Shown here: piece by piece, positions 35,571 to 44,484 of the stretch | Position numbering within the stretch: position 1 is the stretch's first letter | Layout: each line of letters starts with the position of its first letter | NCBI GenBank assembly: GCA_017468925.1 | Contig: JAFUHI010000001.1 | Location: 11,655 to 75,654, forward strand | Direction of reading: 5' to 3' | From: Bacilli bacterium | GTDB lineage: Bacteria; Bacillota_I; Bacilli_A; RFN20; CAG-826 | DNA length: 64,000 bases | Position numbers and translations under genes: made by a program | The notes under the pieces: model-generated | The model's database searches: none | Told to the model about the DNA's origin: nothing | The model's input: only the letters and a program-made list of their open reading frames with translations

Positions 35571-35586
35571 ATACCCCCATGGGTAT
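35571..35586. promoter_or_regulatory. Candidate CsoR operator (ATACCC-CCAT-GGGTAT)
   Basis: Perfect 6-bp GC-rich inverted repeat with a 4-nt spacer, starting 4 nt upstream of the csoR start codon and overlapping an A/T-rich -10-like region. The form matches known CsoR boxes. Confidence 0.6.
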
Positions 35587-35623
35587 AATATGATATATCA
35601 AATATAAAAGCAAATAATTAAGA

Positions 35624-35638
35624 CTGACTATGCGAGTT
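35624..35638. repeat. 15-nt inverted copy of an internal tRNA-Gly segment
   Basis: CTGACTATGCGAGTT at 35624-35638 is the exact reverse complement of 35702-35716, which lies inside tRNA-Gly (anticodon-stem 3' side to T-stem 5' side). Confidence 0.85.
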
Positions 35639-35640
35639 TA

Positions 35641-35668
35641 AAAGAAAAAATGCCCATTTTCAGGGCAT
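35641..35668 (-). terminator. Intrinsic terminator of the tRNA-Asp/tRNA-Gly transcription unit
   Basis: On the minus strand: ATGCCC-TGAAAAT-GGGCAT, then T6 C T3. Confidence 0.7.
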
Positions 35669-35680
35669 TTTAATCTCTTC

Positions 35681-35754
35681 TGGAGCAGGATACGAGAATC
35701 GAACTCGCATAGTCAGCTTGGAAGGCTGATGTTCTACCACTGAACTAATCCTGC
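35681..35754 (-). tRNA. tRNA-Gly (anticodon UCC), encoded CCA
   Basis: GCAGGAT acceptor stem paired with ATCCTGC, discriminator U, TCAGC-CTTCCAA-GCTGA anticodon arm, GCGAG-TTCGATT-CTCGT T arm. 74 nt. Confidence 0.92.
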
Positions 35755-35761
35755 GCTAGGT

Positions 35762-35838
35762 TGGCGGACCATACGAGATTCGAACTCGTGATCTCCTCCG
35801 TGACAGGGAGGCATGTTAGACCGCTACACCAATGATCC
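35762..35838 (-). tRNA. tRNA-Asp (anticodon GUC), encoded CCA
   Basis: GGATCAT/ATGGTCC acceptor stem (one G-U pair), CCTCC-CTGTCAC-GGAGG anticodon arm, ACGAG-TTCGAAT-CTCGT T arm, discriminator G. Confidence 0.92.
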
Positions 35839-35853
35839 AACGTAGCGAAGAGT

Positions 35854-35882
35854 AATATAACACACCTTTAAGCGAGTATCAA
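35854..35882 (-). promoter_or_regulatory. Candidate promoter for tRNA-Asp/tRNA-Gly (TTGATA-N17-TATATT with TGT extension)
   Basis: On the minus strand: TTGATA ctcgcttaaaggtgTGT TATATT. It ends about 15 nt before the tRNA-Asp 5' end. Confidence 0.55.
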
Positions 35883-35885
35883 ACT

Positions 35886-35916
35886 AAAAAGAAAAGAAAA
35901 ACGTGATTTCTCACGT
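35886..35916 (-). terminator. Intrinsic terminator after trxA
   Basis: On the minus strand: ACGTGA-GAAA-TCACGT followed by TTTTTCTTTTCTTTTT. Confidence 0.7.
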
Positions 35917-35933
35917 CTTTCATAATCCTATCC

Positions 35934-36245
35934 TTAGTCTAAATGCGCCCAGGTCCTTAATGATTTCTCGGCAATCCAACCCATATGCTCATTGGTCCTC
36001 TCGCCATTTTCATAAAGGAGAAGAAGTGGGATGGCTGTTACGCCATATTCGCTAGCGAGCTCACCCGCCTCATCGACATTGATTTTGGCTATTGCGAGGT
36101 CGTTCCTCTCTTCGCCAATCGCTTTGAGGATTGGGGCGACGGCTTGGCAAGGTCCGCACCAATCGGCGTAGAAATCAATGATGACTTTCGGGCAGCTTTT
36201 GATTAGATTCTCCAAATCTTCTTTGTTGCTGATGTATTGAATCAT
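35934..36245 (-). CDS. trxA: Thioredoxin
   Basis: 103 aa with the WCGPCQ active site. Confidence 0.92.
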   Translation of the reverse strand: MIQYISNKEDLENLIKSCPKVIIDFYADWCGPCQAVAPILKAIGEERNDLAIAKINVDEAGELASEYGVTAIPLLLLYENGERTNEHMGWIAEKSLRTWAHLD

Positions 36246-36261
36246 GTTGCACCTCCATTAA

Positions 36262-37185
36262 TCACATAAATATTAACGCAAAAACAAGTCCTATCAAAGC
36301 CAAATGCACTGGATAGAAAAGATATTCAAAATATCTCCACCATTTTGAGTCATATCCCTTTTTCCCATTATGCAAGAAGACGGGGAGTACTGCAAGCATC
36401 GCATATGTCTGGATTTGCATCACATAAGAATCGAAATATCCGTTATTTATCTTGCTAATCCCCCAGAAAACGACGTTGATGATTATGATGGAAGTAACCC
36501 TCGATGCGTTTACAAATGATTGGATTTGTTTCTCGTTCAGGGGCGCGCCTCCATTCTTCGTTATCGAATCATTGAATTTTGAAGCGAGCTTAGGCGCATA
36601 ATAGAAGCCCAAGAACATCAAGAAGCCATATAAGGAATAATCGCCGAACAAGAAATATGGCGCATAAGAGAATAACGGATCGAAATAAGAGCCCAACGCC
36701 GGAATATCAATCAAGAAAGAGATGACTATATAGCCCACCGGCAAAATGGAAAGATATTTCAGCCAACCTTTCTTTTCTATTAGATATATAAATAAGGCAA
36801 AGGCCAATAAGTCAGAGAAAGCGGATTGCTCCGGGGTGAAGCCTAAGCCTTTTCCGAATCTGCTTGTTAGATATAAAACCAAATCCGCGACTAATATGAT
36901 CGCCTCGATGGTTGCAAGCCTAGTTATGTATTTGCCTCTATTCTTGCTATACCTCATCCCATCTGCGAGAAGAAGGATGAACAAAGGGAAGGCTATTCTT
37001 CCGATCAATTTGAAGATGTATCCCACCATGCTTTGGGGGTAATTGAGCGGTGTCCCGGGTTCAAATGGGGTGCCAGAAGTCGAATAATAGTCCAAAAGCA
37101 TTGTCCCAACATGGTCCAAAGCCATGAAAGAAAAGGCGATTATCTTGAGCCAAAACGATGTCAATATCTGAACTTTCTCTCTCAT
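36262..37185 (-). CDS. TraX-family membrane protein
   Basis: LKIIAFSFMALDHVGTML N-terminal motif and multi-TM topology. Confidence 0.68.
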   Translation of the reverse strand: MREKVQILTSFWLKIIAFSFMALDHVGTMLLDYYSTSGTPFEPGTPLNYPQSMVGYIFKLIGRIAFPLFILLLADGMRYSKNRGKYITRLATIEAIILVADLVLYLTSRFGKGLGFTPEQSAFSDLLAFALFIYLIEKKGWLKYLSILPVGYIVISFLIDIPALGSYFDPLFSYAPYFLFGDYSLYGFLMFLGFYYAPKLASKFNDSITKNGGAPLNEKQIQSFVNASRVTSIIIINVVFWGISKINNGYFDSYVMQIQTYAMLAVLPVFLHNGKKGYDSKWWRYFEYLFYPVHLALIGLVFALIFM

Positions 37186-38093
37186 TATTCTGGTATATTA
37201 TTGCCGATTATTGAAAGCAATATTCCTACGAAATTGTTCGTGGCATGGGCAATCCACGCTGCGCCAAAGCCAAATCTATCATAAACAAATGATAAACCTA
37301 CGCCCGCTATAATGTAATTCGGAAGTGAGGCAAATTCGATGGCGATATAAGTGGAATCTCCGCTCACCAAACAATTGAAATCAAAATGGATGAAGCCGAA
37401 TATCAACGCCACTGCAACATAAGCAAACCATGTAGCGATACGTTTCAAGAAACCAAATAATCCGACTCTATAAGTTATCTCTTCGCATAAAGGACCAACT
37501 AACCCTAGTAGAAGCAAAGATGCAACTGGATAAGAACTGACCAAACTATTCACAGCAGTTTGATTGGCGTTCGTGGTATCGATGTTACCAAAAGCCGCCT
37601 GGATTATCATATTGTAGACCATAGATATCCCCATCAAAGCCGCGCCAAAAGCAAAGCCCAAGAAAACTTTCTTATTTTTGAATGTGAGCAAAAGCCTCTT
37701 GATGTCTTTCCATAAAATGAATAGAAGTGTTACGAATAATAAGGAATAGGCGACGAATTCCACCAAGGCCAACCCATCGGTAGAAGCGAAAAACTCTTCC
37801 GCGAGTTCGCTTGCTTCTCTCCCTCTTGTCCCTCCATCCATTCCATATTGGAAGCCGATGAAGAAAGCAGCGATGAATTCAACAATGAAAACAAAGACGC
37901 TTAGGCCTAAACTTCCAACGAGAAATATAATGATCTCTTTTATGAAATTGAGTGGAGTGGTGTTCTTGAACTCTTTTAGCCTTGGATCTTCCAAAAATTC
38001 GCTTTGGCAATGGCAATAAGGGCATTTGTCTCTTGCTGGATCATACTCCCTTTTGCAATTGGGACATTTTTGTTTTCTGAACATCAATTTCAT
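37185..38093 (-). CDS. CPBP-family intramembrane glutamic endopeptidase with N-terminal zinc ribbon
   Basis: CPNCKREYDPARDKCPYCHC, then TM helices, with EEITYRVGLFGFL and FGFIH motifs. Its TAA overlaps the TraX ATG. Confidence 0.8.
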   Translation of the reverse strand: MKLMFRKQKCPNCKREYDPARDKCPYCHCQSEFLEDPRLKEFKNTTPLNFIKEIIIFLVGSLGLSVFVFIVEFIAAFFIGFQYGMDGGTRGREASELAEEFFASTDGLALVEFVAYSLLFVTLLFILWKDIKRLLLTFKNKKVFLGFAFGAALMGISMVYNMIIQAAFGNIDTTNANQTAVNSLVSSYPVASLLLLGLVGPLCEEITYRVGLFGFLKRIATWFAYVAVALIFGFIHFDFNCLVSGDSTYIAIEFASLPNYIIAGVGLSFVYDRFGFGAAWIAHATNNFVGILLSIIGNNIPE

Positions 38094-38149
38094 AATTCTT
38101 TTGTATTAATTATATGGCTATCGACATATTTTAAAGCCATAATAAAAAA

Positions 38150-38752
38150 GTGAAAACCCCAATTGAGTCAACCATATTCGAATATAAAATACTTGGATCA
38201 AAATTCATTGGTCTTCTTTTTCCCTGCAAAACCCCTTTGGATTTTGAAAATTTGATGGAAAAGACGAAAAAAGAGTATCCCAAGGCGACACATTATTGCT
38301 ACGCCTATATCATCGGAAACAATAAGAAATTCTCCGATGATGGAGAGCCTAACGGAACGGCGGGAAAACCAATGCTAAACATTTTGGAAAAGAACGAAAC
38401 TACGAATACGTTGCTTATCATAGTAAGATACTTTGGAGGCACGAAATTAGGCGCAGGAAGGCTAGAAAGAACCTATGCCTTGGTCGCGTCATCTTCAATT
38501 AGTCAGGGAATATATGGGGAATATATTTTCGGGAAAGAAGTCGAGATAGAGTTGCCATATTCCCTCTTTGATTCTTTAAAAAAGAAAATGGATGTGATGG
38601 GGATTGATATAAAAGAGAAAGAATTTTCCTCTTTAGTTAAACTAACTTGCCTCGTTGATGATAAAATTATAGATACATTTGTGTCTTCCTTGCCTTATGA
38701 AGCCAAATGCGAAATCAAAAATAACGTGGAATTTGTAAGGAGAGAAAGATAA
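38150..38752 (+). CDS. YigZ/IMPACT (UPF0029) family protein
   Basis: ATHYCYAYIIG...SDDGEPNGTAGKPML...VRYFGGTKLGAGRL motifs. GTG start. Confidence 0.8.
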   Translation: MKTPIESTIFEYKILGSKFIGLLFPCKTPLDFENLMEKTKKEYPKATHYCYAYIIGNNKKFSDDGEPNGTAGKPMLNILEKNETTNTLLIIVRYFGGTKLGAGRLERTYALVASSSISQGIYGEYIFGKEVEIELPYSLFDSLKKKMDVMGIDIKEKEFSSLVKLTCLVDDKIIDTFVSSLPYEAKCEIKNNVEFVRRER

Positions 38753-40041
38753 TGATACCAGCGACCGAATTAAGCAACAGAAGAAAGAAATTACTAGAAA
38801 TGATGGAGGAGGACTCCGTAGCGGTCCTTTATGCCGGAGTCCCAAAGAATAAAAGCGCAGACGAGACATACCCATTCGAAGTAAATAGGAATTTCTATTA
38901 TCTAACCGGGATTGACCAAGAAGATTCAAGGCTCATATTGCTTAAAAGCAAAGGGGAATTGAAAGAATATCTTTTCGTTTCTCCATACGATGAGAAGAAA
39001 GAGAAGTGGTATGGGAAAAAGCTCACTTTAAGCGAAGCCTCTCATATATCTGGCGTCTCAAATGTTTTGACCACCAAAAGCTTTGAAAGCCAACTTCATA
39101 CTTTCTTAAGCGGCTCGTTGGATGAATTCTCTGACACCAAATGCTTGTATATCGATTTGGAAAAGGAGCTAAAAGTCGCTCCATCAACCTCCACAAATGA
39201 TGTCAAAAACACCTTATCCGCAGCCTATCAAGAGATTGAATTCATCAATGTCTATCCTCTAATCACTAGATTAAGGTTGCACAAATCCAACCGCGAGATC
39301 AACGAGCTTAGATATGCGATAAGGGCTACTAGAGATGGCTTGTTGGCGGCTTGGGCGAAATTAAAGCCCGGAGTCTATGAATATGAGATTGCCGACGAAT
39401 TCTTAAGGGCGGTCAATGATAGTTCCGGCTATCAAGGACTTGCGTTCCCAACCATCGCTGCCAGCGGAATACACGCCACAATCCTTCATTACCCGACACC
39501 TTTGGCGAAAATAGAAGATGGAGATCTCCTTCTTCTAGATTTGGGTGCAAGATGCTCATATTATTGCGCCGATGTCTCTAGAACTGTGCCAGCAAATGGA
39601 CGTTTCACCCCTTTGCAATTAAAAGCGTACAACATCGTTCTTTCTTGCAACAAAATGGTGGCCAATATGGCTAAACCTGGCGTAACCATTGATGAATTAC
39701 AAACTGCGACCAAGGAATTTTTGGCTAGAGAATGTGTTTTAGCGGGGTTATTAGAGAAAAAAGAAGACATTGAGAAATACTATTTCCATGGTGTTTCCCA
39801 TCTAATCGGACTCGATACCCATGACCCACTAGATGATCCAAACAGCAAAGAATACCGCAAAATGGCTTTGGAGCCAGGCATGGTCATCTCAAATGAGCCT
39901 GGTCTTTATATGGCGGATAAAGGCATCGGAATAAGAATCGAAGACGATCTCCTCATCACCAATGATGGATGTGAAGTCTTAACCGCCGATATCATAAAAG
40001 AACCGCACGAAATCGAGAATTTGCTTACCTACGGCAGATAA
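38752..40041 (+). CDS. pepP: Xaa-Pro aminopeptidase (M24B)
   Basis: LLLDLGARCSYYCADVSRT, HGVSHLIGLDTHD, SNEPGLY and IRIEDD metal-ligand motifs. Confidence 0.87.
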   Translation: MIPATELSNRRKKLLEMMEEDSVAVLYAGVPKNKSADETYPFEVNRNFYYLTGIDQEDSRLILLKSKGELKEYLFVSPYDEKKEKWYGKKLTLSEASHISGVSNVLTTKSFESQLHTFLSGSLDEFSDTKCLYIDLEKELKVAPSTSTNDVKNTLSAAYQEIEFINVYPLITRLRLHKSNREINELRYAIRATRDGLLAAWAKLKPGVYEYEIADEFLRAVNDSSGYQGLAFPTIAASGIHATILHYPTPLAKIEDGDLLLLDLGARCSYYCADVSRTVPANGRFTPLQLKAYNIVLSCNKMVANMAKPGVTIDELQTATKEFLARECVLAGLLEKKEDIEKYYFHGVSHLIGLDTHDPLDDPNSKEYRKMALEPGMVISNEPGLYMADKGIGIRIEDDLLITNDGCEVLTADIIKEPHEIENLLTYGR

Positions 40042-40080
40042 AACTATCATTACTAGCAATTCTAATTTATAATTAGAGCT

Positions 40081-41565
40081 ATGAAAAAATACATTTTATC
40101 TATTGACCAGGGCACTACGTCGACCCGCGCTATTCTCATTTCTCAAAAAGGAGAGAAGCTTTTCCAGGCCCAAAGACCTTTGGACTGCCTTTACCCAAAC
40201 CCAGGATGGGTGGAACAAGACGCCAATCAAATATGGATCAGCGTCGTTGATGTGATTAATGAGCTTTTAATCGTCTCAGGGGTGAAGTGGGATGAGATCT
40301 CTTCCATCGGCATCACCAATCAACGTGAAACAACAATCGTGTGGGATAAAAAGACGGGGCAGCCTATCCACAACGCAATCGTTTGGCAATCCAAACAAAC
40401 GCAAAAAATATGTGATAGATTTGAAAGCAAGAAGAATCTTATCGCCAAGAAGACCGGATTGAGGCTTAACCCTTATTTCTCCGCCTCGAAAATAAGATTC
40501 ATTTTGGACAAAGTCAAAGGTGCCCAAAAAAGAGCAGAAGAGGGCGAACTTCTTTTCGGCACGGTTGACACCTGGATTATCTATAAGATGACAAAAGGCG
40601 CTTCGCATGCCACCGACCCATCCAACGCTTCTAGAACCATGCTATTCAACATATTCGATATGAAGTGGGACGAGGAATTGCTTTCCTTATGGAAAATACC
40701 ATCGAAAATGCTTCCAAAAGTCGTTGATAACACTGATGATTTCGGCGAGGCGTCATTCTTTGGCAAAGACGTTCATATTAGAGGGGTTGTAGGCGATCAG
40801 CAATCCGCTCTATTCGGACAATGCTGCTTCAGAGAAGGCGAAAGCAAAAACACATATGGAACCGGATGCTTCATGCTTATGAACATCGGAAGCAAGCCGG
40901 TTTTATCCAAATCTGGATTATTGACTACCGTTGCCTGGAGGATCAAAGGCAAAACGACCTATGCATTAGAAGGCTCAGTCTTCATTGGAGGCGCAGTCAT
41001 CCAATGGCTTAGAGACCAAACAAGATGGATAGAGGATTCATATGACTCTGAGATATACGCGGCGAAGAAGCCAGACACCGCTGGAGTGTATTTTGTCCCG
41101 TCCTTTGTTGGTATGGGCACACCATACTGGGATGATGATGCTAGAGGCGCCATCTTCGGTTTGACTAGAGGGGCTGACCGCCATAACATCACCAGAGCGG
41201 CGCTTTATTCCATCGCTTACCAATCAAAAGACGTCATCGACACGATGATAAAAGAAGCCAAGATGCCTTTGCCGGTACTGAAAGTAGATGGAGGGGCATC
41301 CGCTAACAAAATGCTTATGCAATTCCAATCCGACATCCTCCAATGCGAAGTCAGATTGCCTCGCTGCGTTGAGACAACGGCTTTAGGTGCAGGTTATTTA
41401 GCAGGTCTAGGCTCGGGATTCTGGAAGAACATCGATGATATAGAATCTTGCCACGCGACCTCTCAGGTTTTCTGGACCAAGATGGATCCCAAAGAAGCCA
41501 AAAAACTCTGCAAAGGCTGGGATAAAGCGGTAGAAGCCACTAGGGTGTATAAGATAAAGGACTAA
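40081..41565 (+). CDS. glpK: Glycerol kinase
   Basis: YILSIDQGTTSTRA, GITNQRETTIVWD and FGTVDTWIIYK motifs. FGGY family. Confidence 0.95.
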   Translation: MKKYILSIDQGTTSTRAILISQKGEKLFQAQRPLDCLYPNPGWVEQDANQIWISVVDVINELLIVSGVKWDEISSIGITNQRETTIVWDKKTGQPIHNAIVWQSKQTQKICDRFESKKNLIAKKTGLRLNPYFSASKIRFILDKVKGAQKRAEEGELLFGTVDTWIIYKMTKGASHATDPSNASRTMLFNIFDMKWDEELLSLWKIPSKMLPKVVDNTDDFGEASFFGKDVHIRGVVGDQQSALFGQCCFREGESKNTYGTGCFMLMNIGSKPVLSKSGLLTTVAWRIKGKTTYALEGSVFIGGAVIQWLRDQTRWIEDSYDSEIYAAKKPDTAGVYFVPSFVGMGTPYWDDDARGAIFGLTRGADRHNITRAALYSIAYQSKDVIDTMIKEAKMPLPVLKVDGGASANKMLMQFQSDILQCEVRLPRCVETTALGAGYLAGLGSGFWKNIDDIESCHATSQVFWTKMDPKEAKKLCKGWDKAVEATRVYKIKD

Positions 41566-41566
41566 T

Positions 41567-42688
41567 ATGGCAGAATATAGCAAAGAGCAATTTCTAAATC
41601 TATTAAAGCAATTGAAGGTGCCTACCTCCCTCAATTACGACTTTCTTTTCGAATGCTTTTCCGATTCGATAGAAGGGGCGAGGGATCTGGTTGGGTCTTC
41701 GCCTATAATCGCCTCTTTGCCAATCAACCAAGTGCAGCTTGCCATTTATCTAGTCTCTGAGCATTCCTTTTATCTCCAAAGCCATCCAGAAGCGAAATTA
41801 GATGAATTAATAAAAGATGAGAAATATGAACAACTGATCGTATCTTTATCTTTAGATAAATATTACACGAATGAGCATCTTTCATTCCAAAACGGTACCT
41901 ACGCCTCCAAATATAATCCTGAAATATCGACGATAACGCTATATTTGAATTTCATCCTCGGGATGCTTTCCAGATATAAGCAAGGCGATCCGAAAGAGAC
42001 TTTGGTGGTCGATGTCATGCAAAAAGGATTTTTGATGGCGAAATGCATCACCGATTTGCTTACCGATGGATTTGAGACCGAAGCCTTCTCAACTTGGAGA
42101 ACGCTGCACGAGAATGAATGCATTTTGCATGTCATTGTGAAATATGGCCAGCCAGTGATCGAAAGATATTTGAAGCATCTGCGTTATGCAGTTGCCTTTA
42201 GAGGTGGAATCCAATCGAAAGAAGAGACCGATAAGGTATTCCTTGAAATCAAAGAAGGAATGAAAGAAGTGGGGCTAAAGAGCAAGGATATGAAGCGATA
42301 TATAGAATATGGATGGCTCCTAGGCATAAAAGACGTCATGAATGTCCCTGATTTCAAATTCAATTTCCGCGATGGGGTAGAAAGATGCGCAGGGCTAAAA
42401 GATTATTCAAAGATATATGAGATGTCTAGCGAAATCGCCCATTCATCCCCATTGCTTATTTATTCAAGAAAGACGTATTTCCATCTTATCGCGATGATAA
42501 ATCTATATGAAAGCTTCTTCAGGCTAGAGAAAATATTCTCAAGCTTATATTTATCCACCGTCCCGGAAGAGGAACAGAAAAGATATATTTCCATGCGAAA
42601 TCTTTATTTCGGCGAGCTTATGGCAGCATATACGCTTGAAAGGAAAAGATTCGCATCTTTGAATAGAAGCGAGAAAAAGGAAAACTGA
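41567..42688 (+). CDS. Hypothetical soluble alpha-helical protein, family not recognised
   Basis: 373-aa ORF. The ATG lies 1 nt after the glpK stop with AAGG upstream. No motif was confidently recognised. It contains one R-x4-H (RKTYFH). Confidence 0.6.
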   Translation: MAEYSKEQFLNLLKQLKVPTSLNYDFLFECFSDSIEGARDLVGSSPIIASLPINQVQLAIYLVSEHSFYLQSHPEAKLDELIKDEKYEQLIVSLSLDKYYTNEHLSFQNGTYASKYNPEISTITLYLNFILGMLSRYKQGDPKETLVVDVMQKGFLMAKCITDLLTDGFETEAFSTWRTLHENECILHVIVKYGQPVIERYLKHLRYAVAFRGGIQSKEETDKVFLEIKEGMKEVGLKSKDMKRYIEYGWLLGIKDVMNVPDFKFNFRDGVERCAGLKDYSKIYEMSSEIAHSSPLLIYSRKTYFHLIAMINLYESFFRLEKIFSSLYLSTVPEEEQKRYISMRNLYFGELMAAYTLERKRFASLNRSEKKEN

Positions 42689-44344
42689 TTATACGTCAGC
42701 GTAGCAGCTACCGCCGATGAATTCGCGCATGAGCGAATTGTTCGGAACCCAATTATCAGGCATATCAACAAAGAACTTCAATAACCTCAATAATCTTTCG
42801 GCGTCAGGGAAATAAGGCGACTCTTTTTCAATCGAGGAAAGAAGAGGCATCGCGTATTTCTTTAGTACAGGCAACTCATATGGCATGAAGGAATTGAAAA
42901 CATAATCGCATCCTTCTTGATATGGGTATATCCATTTGAATTCGCCAGCGCGGACCTTTGACCACATTGAAAGAGTCTCTTCCGCGGGGGCATTTCTAAA
43001 TTTCTTATCCCTCACCATTCTTCTGATTAAGCGGAGATCTGTAAGGGAAATCGGGTTATGATCATCAAGATTTATCTGGGCCTGCGGCGAGATGAATATC
43101 TTGAATTTGGCAGACTTTGGTATGGCGCTTGAGAGTTCATCATTCAACGCGTGTATGCCTTCGATAATGATAGGGACGTCTTTATCGATTTTGATTTTTC
43201 TTCCCGGGACTCGATGTCCGACTTTGAAATCAAACTTCGGCAACTCGGTTTCAACCCCATTGATGAGGTCGAGCATATTTTGCTGGAAGAAGTCGACATC
43301 CAAAGCATCAATCGACTCCAAATCCCTTTCTCCATCTTCTCCAAGAGGTATTTCTTTTGACGGTTTATAATAATCGTCTATTGAGATACGGATCGGCCTG
43401 ATGCCTCTAGAAAGGAGCTCGATTCTAAGGCGGTTGGCAAAGGTGGTTTTGCCGCTGGATGAAGGGCCGGCAACGCAGATTAATCTGATGCGGTCGATGT
43501 CATCTTCTATGAGTTGTCCTAACTCCACAAGCATTCTGTTGTGGCGGTCTTCGCAGATGTTGATGAATTCGACAGTGCCCGCCGTTTCAATCTCTTCATT
43601 GATTCTAGCGACCGTATCAACCCCGACGATTTTCGCCCAGTCGTGCGACTCTTTTAAAGTTCTTCCGTATGTAGGCGCATCGACGAAAGGAGGGATATCA
43701 CCAACGCATTCGCTGCGGGGGTATTGGATGAGGAATCCTGGTGAATATAATTTGAATCTATAGCTTGTTATATAGCCTGTAGATGGGACTAGATGGCTAT
43801 ACATATAATTCCTATAGTCATCGCATTTGTAGAAGTGGACGGTTTTCTCCGGCCTATAGTTTAAGATGGCTTTTTTGTCATAGAAACCGCTGGATTCGTA
43901 GATTTTTGCAGCTTCTTCGGTGGAGACAATCTCTCTTTCCAAAGGATAATCTGCGGCGATGATCCTATCGATCTCGTGTTTGATTTTGATATACATCGCC
44001 ATATCGGCTTTATAGGCGGTGCTTAATAGATGGACGGAGATGCTTCTAGAAACGTTATAGGCGAATTTGATTCTTAAATCCGGATAGCAGTTGCGGAAGG
44101 CCATCGCGACGACGTAACGCAACGAAGCCTCATAGATTTTCATCGCGCTGTGGTTGTTTAAGGTTAAAAATTCAACTTCACAATCGTAATAAACTTCGTA
44201 GTTGAGTTCTCTTACTCGGTTATTGACCTTCGCACAGATGTATTTCTTTTTATCTTCTTCTGGCAATTCATTCAAAAGAGTTAGTAGTGACACTCTTTTT
44301 TCGTATTTCATTTCTTTATCATTGATTTTGACAGTGAATCCCAT
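42689..44344 (-). CDS. Uridine/cytidine-kinase-family nucleoside kinase with N-terminal TGS/ThrRS-like extension
   Basis: P-loop VAGPSSSGKTTFANRL in the C-terminal half and a beta-grasp-like N-terminus. 551 aa. Confidence 0.72.
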   Translation of the reverse strand: MGFTVKINDKEMKYEKRVSLLTLLNELPEEDKKKYICAKVNNRVRELNYEVYYDCEVEFLTLNNHSAMKIYEASLRYVVAMAFRNCYPDLRIKFAYNVSRSISVHLLSTAYKADMAMYIKIKHEIDRIIAADYPLEREIVSTEEAAKIYESSGFYDKKAILNYRPEKTVHFYKCDDYRNYMYSHLVPSTGYITSYRFKLYSPGFLIQYPRSECVGDIPPFVDAPTYGRTLKESHDWAKIVGVDTVARINEEIETAGTVEFINICEDRHNRMLVELGQLIEDDIDRIRLICVAGPSSSGKTTFANRLRIELLSRGIRPIRISIDDYYKPSKEIPLGEDGERDLESIDALDVDFFQQNMLDLINGVETELPKFDFKVGHRVPGRKIKIDKDVPIIIEGIHALNDELSSAIPKSAKFKIFISPQAQINLDDHNPISLTDLRLIRRMVRDKKFRNAPAEETLSMWSKVRAGEFKWIYPYQEGCDYVFNSFMPYELPVLKKYAMPLLSSIEKESPYFPDAERLLRLLKFFVDMPDNWVPNNSLMREFIGGSCYADV

Positions 44345-44484
44345 ATTAAGCCTCCTTGCAAATATAGAAATGGTATTTTAAGTTAAAAAAACAGGTTATG
44401 CAACCGCTTACATAAAATACCATGATAAATATCTTTTTCAATTTATATTGAGACTTTTATAAATATAACCTTAAAATTAAATGC

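Noticed and set aside
35624-35716. The idea that the 15-nt inverted repeats form an invertible DNA switch.
   Set aside because: Inversion would destroy tRNA-Gly by separating its 3' third. No recombinase is nearby. A relic or scar is the more economical explanation.
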